Below, one piece after another: positions 23,701 to 36,589 of a stretch of 64,000 nucleotides of DNA. Numbering within the stretch: the first letter of the stretch is position 1; each line of letters begins with the position of its first letter. The position numbers were made by a program, and so were the translations under genes. The stretch lies in NCBI GenBank assembly GCA_010909165.1, contig MU008163.1:930001-994000 (forward strand), written 5' to 3'. The notes under the pieces were generated by a model, which made no database searches, was not told where the DNA came from, and saw only the letters and a program-made list of their open reading frames with translations. Source of the stretch: Anthoceros angustus (lineage: Eukaryota > Plantae > Anthocerotophyta).

Positions 23701-26700
23701 CTCCAATCGCGACATCGAATTTCCCTTTCTCCCCTCTATGTCGCATTGTTGAGAAGGTTCGTTGGGCTCGAGCAGTTGCTCAAGAGTGTCATCATAGTCG
23801 AATCCTCATCGGGTCGCCAACATACGCCGTCGGATCCTTCATGATAACCTGGGGTTGGAGCTCCCACTCCTTTGATGGGTTCCACAACCTCATTAAATAC
23901 AACGTCCTGCTAAAATGATCTTCTTCCTTGAAGATCATACAACCGTAGCCCTTAATCTCGAGAGTATCCAAGCATAAGGCACTTCACGCCTTTTGGATCC
24001 CATTTTGTTCGGGTTTGCTTGAACGTGAGCATAAACCATCGAACCAAAGATCCTCAAATGGCTTATGTCGGGCTTGACGCACCACGCTTCCTCGGTCATT
24101 CCAACAATAGCTTTGGTTGGAACTCGATTCAAAACATAGGTTCTTTGTAAATGACCTCACCCCAAAACGTACTTCCAAGCCACTATGATGTAACATGCAT
24201 TTAGGCCTCCACGACTCAAGTTTGCGCCCGCCACTCCATTTTGCTCCGGTGTGTGAGGGATGGTTAGTTGCCTTCCAATTCCATGCTCCTTGCAAAAGCG
24301 TTGGAAGTCGGTGGAGATGTATTCACCTCCGTTGTCACTACGCAAAGTCTTGACGTTGTCCACTTGCGTTCTCCACCATGGCTTTCCATTCCTTGAAGAG
24401 TGTAAATACCGGATTTCTCCTTCATAAGATATGTCCAGTCTTCCTAGTGAAATCATCCACAAACACCGAATGTAGCGGGCTCCGCCATGAGTGGATTTTC
24501 ATTGGACCACACACATCCGTGTGTACCAACTCTAGCGCCATCTTTGCTCGTCACTGCAATCTTTGGGAACTTAGTTCGTGTAGCTTTCCCATTATGCACC
24601 CTTGGCATAATTGGCTCACCCACTTCTTTCAAATCCAAGCACCAACCATATGTTGGTTCTTCATCAACTGATATTGTCCACACCAATGTGCCCTAGACGT
24701 TGATGCCATAAATCAATAGATCCAATGCTATTTTGCGAATCGTCCATAAAGGTGCAAGCTTGCCTTCCACGAAGCACACAACTTGTACAAATTTCCTATT
24801 CGGACGCCTCTAGCAATCACTTTAGCATTCGATAACTCAGTGCTCATTGGATCCGAAATCCTTTGGAATTGAACACAACCTCATGACTGCATCGGCAATT
24901 TTTGCGAAAGAAGATTCCTCGCAAGATGAGGCACATGATGCACGTCTTTAATACAGTTGTCCTCCGGAAGATGGACTCGTAACACTCCTCTTCCCTTGAT
25001 GTCATGTGACCTATTGTCACCAAGCGCCACCGTATGCCCCTCCGCAATACCTCGTAGCTTGAGAACCAAGGAAGGTTATAAGCGAAATCTTTGGGATGCA
25101 CCGAGTCAAGGTACAAACTCTCATCCTTCTTTGATGAAGTCGCTTGATCTCTTTCGGTGAAGCACGCCAAGATGTGTTCTTGGTCCTTCTCACGACTTGA
25201 TTAGCTTGGGATGATTTCCTTCTTCAAGTCGCCAATCTTATTTCTGATCCTTTGCGTGGTGATTGGGCTTCCTGCAATAATAACAAAAGCCTTTCACCTT
25301 TCTCTTTGCATCTGTATCCTTTGTCCCTTCTAGAGACTTGGCTTGCGAGGTCTTCCACCGTGATGTGCTCTTCTTGGAGAAGAGTGCCAAGCCTTCGTTG
25401 CCTTGTGTCTGGAAAGAACCATCAAGCTCCTCTTGTAGGAGTAATCTAACCACCTCATCAAAGGTTGGTTGATTGTCACTTGGACGCATCGCTACGGATG
25501 CCCTATAAGACAATAAAATTGCCTACATGATGGTGGCAAACTACTCGACCGGTGATCACCTTACCCTCAAGGTTTGATCTCGCCTCCCTCATTTGATCAA
25601 CCAAGCTTTTCAACTTGTTGACATGTTGTTGAAGTGTCGCCTCAACCATCTTGAAGTTGGAGAATTGACTTTCCAGCATTTCGCTCACAATGCTCTTCTT
25701 CTCATCGTTGTGCAAAGAATTTTCCATGCATCCTGCGAAGAGACACACTCGCTCAATTGTGAGAGAATGTCATCGACACATTCAGATAATATTAGCCAAG
25801 GCTTTCGCATCCTTGTCTATATCCTTTTCGAGCGCCATCCGGAAGTCCATTTTCCACAAACTTCCACAATCCTCTGTCAATGAGAAGAGATTTTAGCTTC
25901 AACTTCCATAATGTGAAGTTCACGCCATCAAACTTCTCCACTTGACGCGTAGTCTCCATATGCACACCTCGAAAGCTATGCAAAGACAAGACAAAAGTTC
26001 CTCGCACCAAAACTACTACCAAGCTTCACAAATTGCAAGCGAGCTTTTCACGGACACTTAGTCCGCATAACTACAAACAATGCAATAGAAGACAAGTGGC
26101 AAGAGTCCCACGGTGGTGCAGTACTTTACGCATCTCCGAACCATGCTCGATACCATGTTAGAAAACAATTATTCCTGTGTTCAAGACATTAGAAATGGTG
26201 TGCTATGCATACATATATAGCCTTTGGCCTTGTCATACTCTCGATAGTATGAAACCCTATCTCGCTCCTGGGATAATCCTCTATACTTCTAGGACTTATA
26301 CTCATAACTCTAATATGTGATGTGTTGCACCAATCCTATAGATTTCTAACAGATTTCACGAGACAACTGGAATGGGGGCAACCTTTCCTGCTAATGGCCC
26401 CAATTACGAGCCGGAGTACTTCGGATCAGTAGGGCTTGTGGCGGCGAATACAGAAGCCAGAGTAGTCGGAGGTCGTGGTGATCTGAAATTGTTTTCGCCT
26501 CCCTTAAGGCAAGGGGAATTGTGGTTTAGTGGTCCGGGCATCATGCACGGTATATTGTTTGGATTTTAAGCTCTCGCTCTCGTCATCTCTTTTGACGTTC
26601 CTTGAATTTCGAAGTCCACATTAGGTGCTCGCGCGGCAGTGCTGCACCAGTCCTCTTTCCATGCTAAGGTTGCACCTGCACTAGCCATTCTCGAATATTT

Positions 26701-27330
26701 ATGCAGGATGTGTGCATGACCCCAAGGCGACTGCTGAAGTTTTGGACAATGAGAGATGGTTTCACATAGGATTCAGTGCGTATTTCAATTTGGAGGGCTA
26801 CCTTTTCGTTGTCAGCAAGATCAGTGACCTCAGCAACTATAAAGGCTTTCAGGTGTGTTTTCTTGATGTGTTGCAAGCTCGTACCGGCCTACAAGTATGC
26901 GTGGCTTTAATTCGCGTGCTGAAACATCCGATATACCATCTCTGGTCCACGGCCACCCGGATGACAGGGTGCACCAGGAGGAATTGAAAGTTTTCTGGTC
27001 ATGCATCCTCAGGTCAAAGATGCTGCAGTCATACCGTGAGTGTTCAAGTTCTTCGAACGTTCTCCAACGTTTTTACCGAGGCTAGCTGGTTCTTCTAAGT
27101 GCTTTTAAAAAGTGCTTGTTTGCCTAAGCAAGCAGACCTTTATACAGTATATATATCCCAGAAGATGAGAAACATGTTTGCCTGCAGGTATCCTGGTTCC
27201 ATGAGTGTATACACCATTCCCATGGCATGTATAGTACATTGGACCTTGAAAATTCAACCCACCAAAGACGAGATCAAGTACTACATCGCAGAGAAGGTAT
27301 ACTCAAGTACTACATAGCAGAGAAGGTATA
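20701..27330 (+). pseudogene. 4-coumarate:CoA ligase-like gene disrupted by a Copia insertion (5' part 20701-21808, 3' part 26352-27330)
   Basis: N-terminus SGFDDSTKIFSS..PLP, LLLGAVVTTA and a degenerate AMP-binding box (LLLFPSGMATESSKGVFLTHRNLI). C-terminal motifs as at 1037-1990. Confidence 0.85.
21809..26351 (-). mobile_element. Full-length, frameshifted Ty1/Copia retrotransposon of about 4.5 kb with about 195-bp LTRs
   Basis: LTRs at 21809-22003 and 26156-26351 (TG...CA). TSD GATTT on both sides, PBS TGGTATCGAGC, PPT GTTGAGTGGGAG. Domain order gag, protease (YLDS), integrase ([10 protein letters not shown]), RT (IAVYVDDLII), RNase H (KHFIREK). Confidence 0.95.
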
Positions 27331-28332
27331 CTTACAGGACTGGACCACCCCTACAGAACTAGCTAGGATTCCACTCGAATAAGCATGCTCGTTTACTGAT
27401 GATGCGTCAAACCTACTGGCCACGTGCTGTTTTCCTTTCGTGTTGTTTCCTTCGGCCTTGCTGCGTACATATACAACTTTGTCCAGCCTGTAAAAGTCTC
27501 TCAAAAGTCTGTAGAAGTCTCTCACAGCATCCTTCAATTCGAGCCAGGAATGAAAAGATTCAATACAAGAAAACATTACAATGCACGACCCAGCCCTAGT
27601 TCATGAATCATTCCAATCACGAGCTTGCACTTTCATCCCAGCCTGGAGACAAACATCTAGTCTACACCGGAACAATACCAGCAGACTGTAAACAAGTGTC
27701 AGATCCTGGAGATCCAGCACTTCAATTGCCGCAAGGAACGGGGACCGGATGAAAGAAAGTCAGATGGAGATGGATGCCGTTTGAGAAGTGGAGGGGTCAG
27801 GAGGTAGATGTACGACCCAGGTCCCGGATCTGTGCTGAAGCGTTCTCGAACAGAGATTGTGGTGACTCGGAATGGCTATGATAGCAGGATATTCCCAGCA
27901 GGGCTAGGGCATGGTCATGTTGCCATTCAGACCCTGAACAGTGATGACTCAAGTTATCACGCTGTCAGATTCTGAGGCCACAGCTCTAAGAGAAAGAGTC
28001 TACAGCCGGGATAAGAGATGAAGAGGAGGACCCACGCCCGACAGAAGAGTCCGAAACATGTCCCTTCAGGGAAAGGACTCTGTGAGAGATCAGCAATATC
28101 CAAGTTTCCCAATCTTTACAAATTAAAATGAGTCAAAGTACCTTTCCCCCATGATGAGGACCCACGTCCGACGGAAGAGTCCGAAGCATGTCCCTTCAGG
28201 GAAAGGACTCTGTGAGAGATCAGCAATATCAAAGTTTCCCAATCTTTACAAATCAAAATTAGTCAAAGTACCTTTCCCCCATGTGTGCTTTCAGGTTTCA
28301 GGTTTCAATCCTTGCATGTGTGCTTTCGAGTC

Positions 28333-30380
28333 TCATCTCTCCCTTACCACAAAAATGTGCACGAGCCCGTCTATGCCTACCCACCAGCTCTGGCCTGGCT
28401 GTTTCCATGCCCCGATTGCTTTCCTCCTCGTCTGCAGCTTCTGTGCCTCCTCCCACATCTCATCACTGAGGTATATGTTGGACATCAACACATAGGCTGC
28501 AGCATCCTTGTCATGCAGCTTCAGTGCTTCGTTGAAGGCATGGAGTCCCACCTCCACGTTGCTCCACTTTTGACAGGCACCCAAAAGTGTGTGCCAGACT
28601 GCGGTGTCGGGGAGTACAGGCATGCTCCTTGCCATCCCTAGAGCCTCGTGGAGGTGGCCTGCACGACCCAGGATGTCCACCATGCACGTGTAGTGCTCCA
28701 TGGTGGGAGTGATGCCATAGTGTTGGCTCATTGCCTCGAAGTACTCTCGCCCCTTGTCCACAAGGCCTGCATGACTGCATGCTTTCAGAACGCTGAGAAA
28801 TGTGATGCTGTCCGGCCGTACGCTCTGCTCTTGCATTCTGCAAAGCAGGTGGAAGACTGTTTCGCTGTCCCCTTGCCGGGAGTATCCTGCAATCAGTGCA
28901 TTCCAGGCGACACTGTCTGCTTCAGGCAACCCATCAAATACCTGATGAGCATCCACCATGCTCCCAGACTTCGCATACATGTTTATCAAACTGATGGCTA
29001 CAAACGGGTCTGCCTGATGCCCCTGTTCTTCGATCTGAACATGCAGCCACCTTCCCGGATGCAACGCTGCTACATCCGCACATGCCTGCAGGAGGCAGGC
29101 AAACGTTACAGAATCCGAGCAGAAATGCCTTCATCTCGCATGGCTCTGTAAACACGAAGAGCTTCATGGCCCATCCCCTGCTGGCAGTATCCCGCCATCA
29201 TGGCATTCCATGTCACCAACGTTTTCCGAGCAAGCCGGGCAAATACAGCCCGAGCATCCTCGATGCTGCCACACTTTGCATACATGTTCACCAGGCTGCA
29301 CCCTACAACCGCATCACCCAGCAGCCCCTTGACATCAATCTGAGCATGGAGCTCCTTCCCTGCCTCCAAACCCCCGGCACCCACGCTCGTACACGCCTGC
29401 AGGAGGCTCACAAACGTCACAGAAGTGGGTGCAGCCAGGCCCTCTTCCTTCATAGCCCTGTAGAGATGAAGTGCTTCTTCACCCCTGCCCTGCTGGGCAT
29501 ATCCTGTTATCATGGCATTCCATGACACCGCATCTTTGCTACCAAGCCCATCAAAAACTCTCCTGGCATCATCCCAGCTGCCACACTTTGCGTACATGTC
29601 CACCAGGCAATTCACAACAAACAAGTCAGGCTCAACCCCACAAGCCATGACATCAGCATGCACCTGCCGCCCAGTTCTCAAGTCTGCTTCCCTGCCACAA
29701 GCCTGCAACGCTGCTACATACACATGCCCATCCGGCTCCACACCCGACCTGCGCATCTGACGATACAAGGCTATGCCCTGCTCACCTTGCCCGTGTTTAA
29801 CATGGGCAGAAATCATAGAAGACCACATGAAGACATCTGGCTCAGCCACCACTGTGAAGACATGCATGGCTTCCTCCAACATGCCATGAGAAGCATACAT
29901 CCGGAGGATGTGGTTACACAGGAACGTATCCGATCCATACCCCTTCTGCACTGCCAGAGCATGCACCCGGCGACCCAGAACCAGCTCCCTCTTCCCCACA
30001 CAGTTTCTCAGGACAGCGTAGATAAGAGACTGCGAAACAAGACATCCAGCCTGCACCAGGGCTCCCAGAGCCTCAACAGCCGGCGCCACGCAAACGTGCC
30101 CTTGCTCGCAGAATTTGCTCACTGTCTCGGCACTTACGCCGGGACAGTCCGGCGATGTAGAAGCCAACGATTCGCAACCTGTGCCCGCAAGACCTGTGAT
30201 GCCAGCAGTCCGTGTTTGCAGGGCCCAGAAAAGCCGTTCCCACAAGAGGAGGTGTGAATGAAGTGCGAGGCTCCTGGCAGCCAAGGTGGGCACAGGAATG
30301 CGCCAAGCCTGTGTAGGCAAGCCTGAACCCACAAACCAACTCCAACGCTCCAGCTGGGCCCATGCTATCCATCTCCGCAT
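28333..30380 (-). CDS. PLS/E-class PPR protein, copy 2 (best-preserved copy; one frameshift near 29115, possibly a sequencing error)
   Basis: ORFs 29106-30380 and 28333-29064 give a transit-peptide-like N-terminus, multiple P/L/S repeats and an E/E+ region. Copy 1 has an extra base at the corresponding site. No DYW domain seen. Confidence 0.85.
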
Positions 30381-30768
30381 GCACTTGTACTGGGACTGTG
30401 TCTTTGCTTACCTCGAGTTTCATGTCACCCGACGAGAGGGAAGTTCGGGTGTCATGCTGGAAGTTTGAGGGCCATTACGGCGAAGAGGATGGCCCGGGGC
30501 CGGAAGACCACGTCATCACGAAGAACGAACGTCCTCCGGTTTTCAACGTTTTCAACGGGGACATCCACTTTATCCAGGCATAGAAGATGATGAAGAAAAT
30601 ATTTTAGTCCAAACCGCTATTCACAGGACGGCAAGCCCCTCCCTCGTGCTCTACATATTCTTCCTTGCCCGAGCGTGAAGGCTCATTAGCGAAAACCCTC
30701 GGCTCCGCCTTCGGCTGCGCAGTTCCCCAGCAGCGGCGCGGCGCAGTGGTCCGAACAGACTTGCCACC

Positions 30769-31730
<962 letters not shown>

Positions 31731-32819
31731 AGCGCCTCAACAGCTTTAGCTATCCGGCCCCATAAAGTTTGGGGAAGGCATGCCAACTGTGCAGAGGATT
31801 TGCACGAATCTGGCCTTACCACCCCCACGGCTGTAAAACAGTTGTAGTGCAGTTTTAGAAGCCTTAATTGTGGGAATGTAAACGCATCTTTTTGTTGAGT
31901 GAGTTTGATTGGCATTTGCGCGTTCTGGCCGCTGGTCTCTCGCTGTGATGCACGGTTGGCCCTGTCGGGGCCTACTTTTCAGTTTCGTTATTTCGCCGGA
32001 CTGATGTGTGATGAATTGGAAGCACTTCAGCCCATTAACGCTGGGGTTCGATGATCGTCCTGAATGCCGCGCGCACTTGTCATCACCCAGAAGGACTGAC
32101 GGAAAATGGACTTGTTGGCCTAGCCTGTGAGACTAAAGCACTAAAGAGGTGTGCCACAAGGTTCTCTTCCTCGAATTCACTCAATGTCCTAATCCTGTAC
32201 CTTAACATTCTCTTTCTCAAAATTCTACCGAACGATTTTTCGTTCTGAGAAATGTAAGAGGTATATCAAAATGGTTCTCTAATGGCAATAAGAGTTTTGT
32301 TTGGTAAGTTTACCATGTACACAAACCATGGAACGAGGTTCTCTTAAAAATGGTTATCTAATAACACTAAGAGTTTGCTTGGTAAGTTTATCATGTACAC
32401 AAGACCATGAAATGGAATTTGAACACATGCTTTTTTCGACCAATACTGGAAACTAAAGACTTAGACTAACAACAACAACAATTCTTGATATGTCCGAAAA
32501 AGGAAAGATCAATTACCTATCTAAAAAGACCTATGGTAGATAAAATAAATATTCCAAATGGCAAGTCGTAGCTAGAATTGCGATTCAACTTATCATCTAG
32601 GTCATGAATCATTGTAGCGATCATACAACGTCAACAATAACAATTATATTTATGTCCACCATAGGAGGAAAGAATCGCACTATTTTTCTTCATGAGAAAG
32701 CTATGAAGAATATAAATAAAGTTTGAATGAAAATGTTAAGCACTCAATCTAAATGAGGGTAGCCTAACATGTGCTCATTGGAGCAGGGCATTTAGCATGA
32801 GAGACTCAAGCGGCATGAG

Positions 32820-32851
32820 CCCTAACCCCTAACCCCTAACCCCTAACCCCC
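32820..32851. repeat. Telomere-like (CCCCTAA)n tract, about 4 units
   Basis: ccctaacccctaacccctaacccctaacccc. Confidence 0.8.
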
Positions 32852-33180
32852 TTGAGACATATCCTAGGTGCAGGTTTGAAATTCCCAGAAACAACACGAT
32901 TATATAACCAAAGAGAATAAGCTGCGCCTAGAATCATCCCGAGTGCCGTTAATGTGGCCACTAAGCTATTTCTTTAGAAAGCTCCGATTAGGATAGGAGA
33001 TTCCCCGGATAGGAGATTCCCCGATGAAGCTGCTACTACCCGGTGAACTCATATTCGCTAAAGTAAAAAATAAGGAAATGGTACGGAAATGGGAAGGAAA
33101 TGGTATGGATGCGCACCTTAGGCCTCAGCTTCTTGAGCTGAGTCTACAGTGGAGTTGTATGGCGAAGCGAATCGCTTAGC

Positions 33181-34597
33181 CCACTTATTTGGTTGTTTCG
33201 CTTTCGAAATAGTCTTCACTAGGGTAAAGGTTACCCTTCGAACATAGGTTATCACCTGCTTACCGCTTCTACATGACTTTTCCCGAGCCTTCCTTTTTCA
33301 CTGAAGGTTCCAAGACCTTAACAGCTTCGGCCGTGGGAAACAAATATGAAATTAGCTAGGTAAATGAGCGCTTCCCACTTCTGCTTCAAGACCAATGGAA
33401 AATTACGAATTTTGATCAGAATTGGAAAGCACATGGTGGAGGGCAGAGCCATTGGCGAGCAAAAGAGGGCCTAAAGGAATAAAACTTGTTTTCTGAGCCC
33501 TTCCTCGGGGATTTCCGCCTTAACTTAAGTGGAGGCGGTTGCTTCGCTATGGCATGGCTACACCGTAACCTTAGTTCTGCGAAAGCTTCACCTGAGCACT
33601 AGCTCAAGATAGGTTTTAAGAAAAACCCAGCAAGCTGACAACCATAGACCACGTTGTGACACGGGCAAACACTGCTATGATATATCGTTTGTAAAACTTC
33701 CTCCTCGACTTGGCTCACTCTAGCTCAAGTGGGTTACCCAAGCCGCCGTCCAACCTTCTCTCCTTACCCTTACTATAATAAGCTAAGCACGTTTAACATA
33801 GTGTATTTTACTTGCTAGGAGGAGGGCTGGGTACTCACGCGTTAAGGGTGCTTCCTCTCCTCCCAAGCCCTGTGGTAGGGAAGTTCAAAATGCTACAGAG
33901 CTTAGGAAGTTCGTCACATTTGCAAACTTAGTGGGTTGACAAATGTGACTAACTCTCGCTCTCGTGTAGTTATTAGTTTAGTTAACAAATTTAGTTTTAT
34001 GTTAAGACTAGCCAAGTTTTCGCTAACGGTTTTAGTAAGGAAAACCATAAGCATTTTCTCGTTTTTCTCTTTATTATTTAATACCATCTAGCCACTGGAT
34101 TAACTTCCCTCCCTACATATGTCTATTAACTCTTTGTACATACTTCCAAACAAAGCTTAGCTATGCTAGTGTGTTGTTCTACTAAGAGGAACACCAGGTT
34201 TGGCCAAATGAAAGCACAGTTCTATGAACTAAATAGAACATTGAGCTTAGCAGTGAAAGCCCACAAGTTTTTCTTTTTTAGATTAGAATGGCTTTTTCCA
34301 CAAGTTTTATTCCTTGAGGCCCTCTTTTGCTCGCCAATAGCTCTGCCCTCCACCATGTGCTTTTCAATTCTGATCAAAATTCGTAATTTTCCATTGGTCT
34401 TGAAGCAGAAGTGGGAAGCGCTCATTTACCTAGCTAATTTCATATTTGTTTCCTGACATTGGTCTTGGAACCTTCAGTGAAAAAGGAAGGCTCGGGAAAA
34501 CTCATGTAGAAGGGGTAAGCAGGTGATAACCTATGTTCGAAGGGTAACCTTTACCCTAGTAAAGACTATTTCGAAAGCGAAACAACCAAATAAGTGG
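33181..34597. repeat. Long inverted repeat with arms 33181-33488 and 34301-34597 and an 810-bp spacer
   Basis: The right arm is the reverse complement of the left with few mismatches and one short indel. No TSD found. Confidence 0.92.
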
Positions 34598-36589
34598 AGT
34601 TAGAGAGCCGTATGATAGGTAACTATCTCTTATGGTTCGGAGAGGACTCCATTGTTCTGATAAGTTATTGGGGAATGGTTTCCTTAGCTTCTCCTTCTGG
34701 AGGGAGGAGCTGAGGCCTGGAAGCTGGGGCCGGAATGGGGAGCCGTGGCGTGCATCTCATATCTGCCCATCCATGGAGAGGTGCTCCAATTCCCGCCCCT
34801 GCTTTCAAATCTTGTTCGGGGTCGGCTTCAAGCGTGGCCATGCCAGCGTGGTGCTACCCGTAGCGGGATCATCAATGGATTGCTCAGGAAAGGGATGTCT
34901 CCATTGCACCAGGCTGAAGTCATGCACCCTGTGTGCGAATCCCGGAGTTTTACTCAAGTGCTATTCTCGAGGCAGAGAGGGAGCGCTGGCAGACGAGGCT
35001 CCCCGTCTGCTGGCATCGTGTGAGGACCTAGACTAGCAAGCGCGGGTTGGTGAAGAGGCCGAGCACCAGGCTTAGTTAGGGCTTCTGAAGTTTGTCCGGC
35101 CGGCCAGCTGAAATTTCCCGTTCCTGGCACTCGCATCCTGTCAGGACATCGACTACTGTAGTCCGCGATGCTTTGCACTATTGGGCTGGTTTCTTGATAG
35201 TGAAACTGGTTTTGCAGTTAAGCTTTTGCAACCCGTATGAGCATCATATCTCAATAATTCAGGGGAGATAATATATTTCCAGATGTCGCGGCTTATGGTC
35301 ATCAACCTCCGATGGTTAAGAGTGGGAGTTTTTGGTCTTCTAATTAGTACCTATATTTATGAACCGGAAAATAGGCGAAATTGGTTTCAAGGTCAAAATG
35401 GGTTTATCAGCAAATATGGGTTGAGTAGCTTTGGCATCGGTCCTTTGCAGCAGTCACCGCTTTGACTAGCTCATATGTCAAGATACACTCACGTTTCCTG
35501 GATAGAGTGAGGGATGCCACACATTCATGTCGAAGAACACCTTCAACCAGTGTGACCCCTGCACAACCCTGATACGAAGCACAAAATGACCGAATCTGAG
35601 ATACAATATGTTCCTTCAGAAATGACATGGAATCTAAATAGCCTTGAGTAGATCGGGCCAGTATATCTATGTAGCAACCCACTTGAGCATTAAATTCCAC
35701 AAAGATATCCAGGGACTCTGCAGATAATGAAAGGACATTAGGCTCTAGTTTCATTCCTGAATCAATTGGTCTTTCCTCATCAACCCAGCCTTTTGTCAAA
35801 CAATATGTGTATAAAAGTGCCTACAATGTATAGGAATAATGAGACTAGTTAATAGTCAATAATAATAATAATAAAAGAATAAGTTTCCAAGGACATAAAA
35901 CAAAAGGTATTCGGCTTGAGAAAAGTTACGAACCTGTAACCTAGGAAAAAAATCCTTGTGTGAGGAATGTACAATCTTGATTATGACATTGTAGACGCAA
36001 ACCCATAAAGACATAATCATGATGATTACCGTGTGAAGGTCATTCTAACTATTGATTAACTCATGACATGAATGTGTGGATTTCATTCTTTATACCTACA
36101 TATTGGAACAAAATAATGCACTTGTCCTTCTTCATCTATACTTTCGTAGCAAAGGTGCAACTCAAGCATCCATTGGATGAATTGTTCCTCGTTCACAATA
36201 GTTTCATCAAGCCCTACCTTTTTCATAGACATTTTTATGCACACTACACGCAGTCTTGGAAAGCTATCTTCAACAGCGGCACCCAGGGCTCTGCACTCAT
36301 TTTAAAGGCCAACAAAGAGTTTGCAACCGTGGTGGATGGTCATGTTATTTTGGGACAAAACGAGGACCTTGCCAGAGCCGAAGCAAAGTTCCAAGGTTCG
36401 AAGCTCTTAATCCTGTGAATAGTCTATATGTTTTGCTAGCCTTCTTCTACACATGTAGTTTTTCAATATCATTACACAAGTAGGCCGTTTCTTGCAAACT
36501 CTGAGGCTGTACTTGTTGCAGGATCGAAATCCAGCAGCAGCTTCTCTCCTGAAACTCCTACATAGCTATCCTCGCAAGTAGTAAAGGCT

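Noticed and set aside
28333-28400. DYW deaminase domain after the PPR E domain
   Set aside because: No HxE/CxxC or DYW terminus seen. The ORF ends shortly after the E+ region.
31944-32099. C/D-box snoRNA cluster downstream of RPS13 (GTGATGA...CTGA)
   Set aside because: The boxes are present, but I found only 7-8 nt of rRNA complementarity and no clear terminal stems. A snoscan/Rfam search would be needed.
34632-35270. Cys-rich ORFs as a real gene
   Set aside because: Overlapping short ORFs with no recognisable motif.
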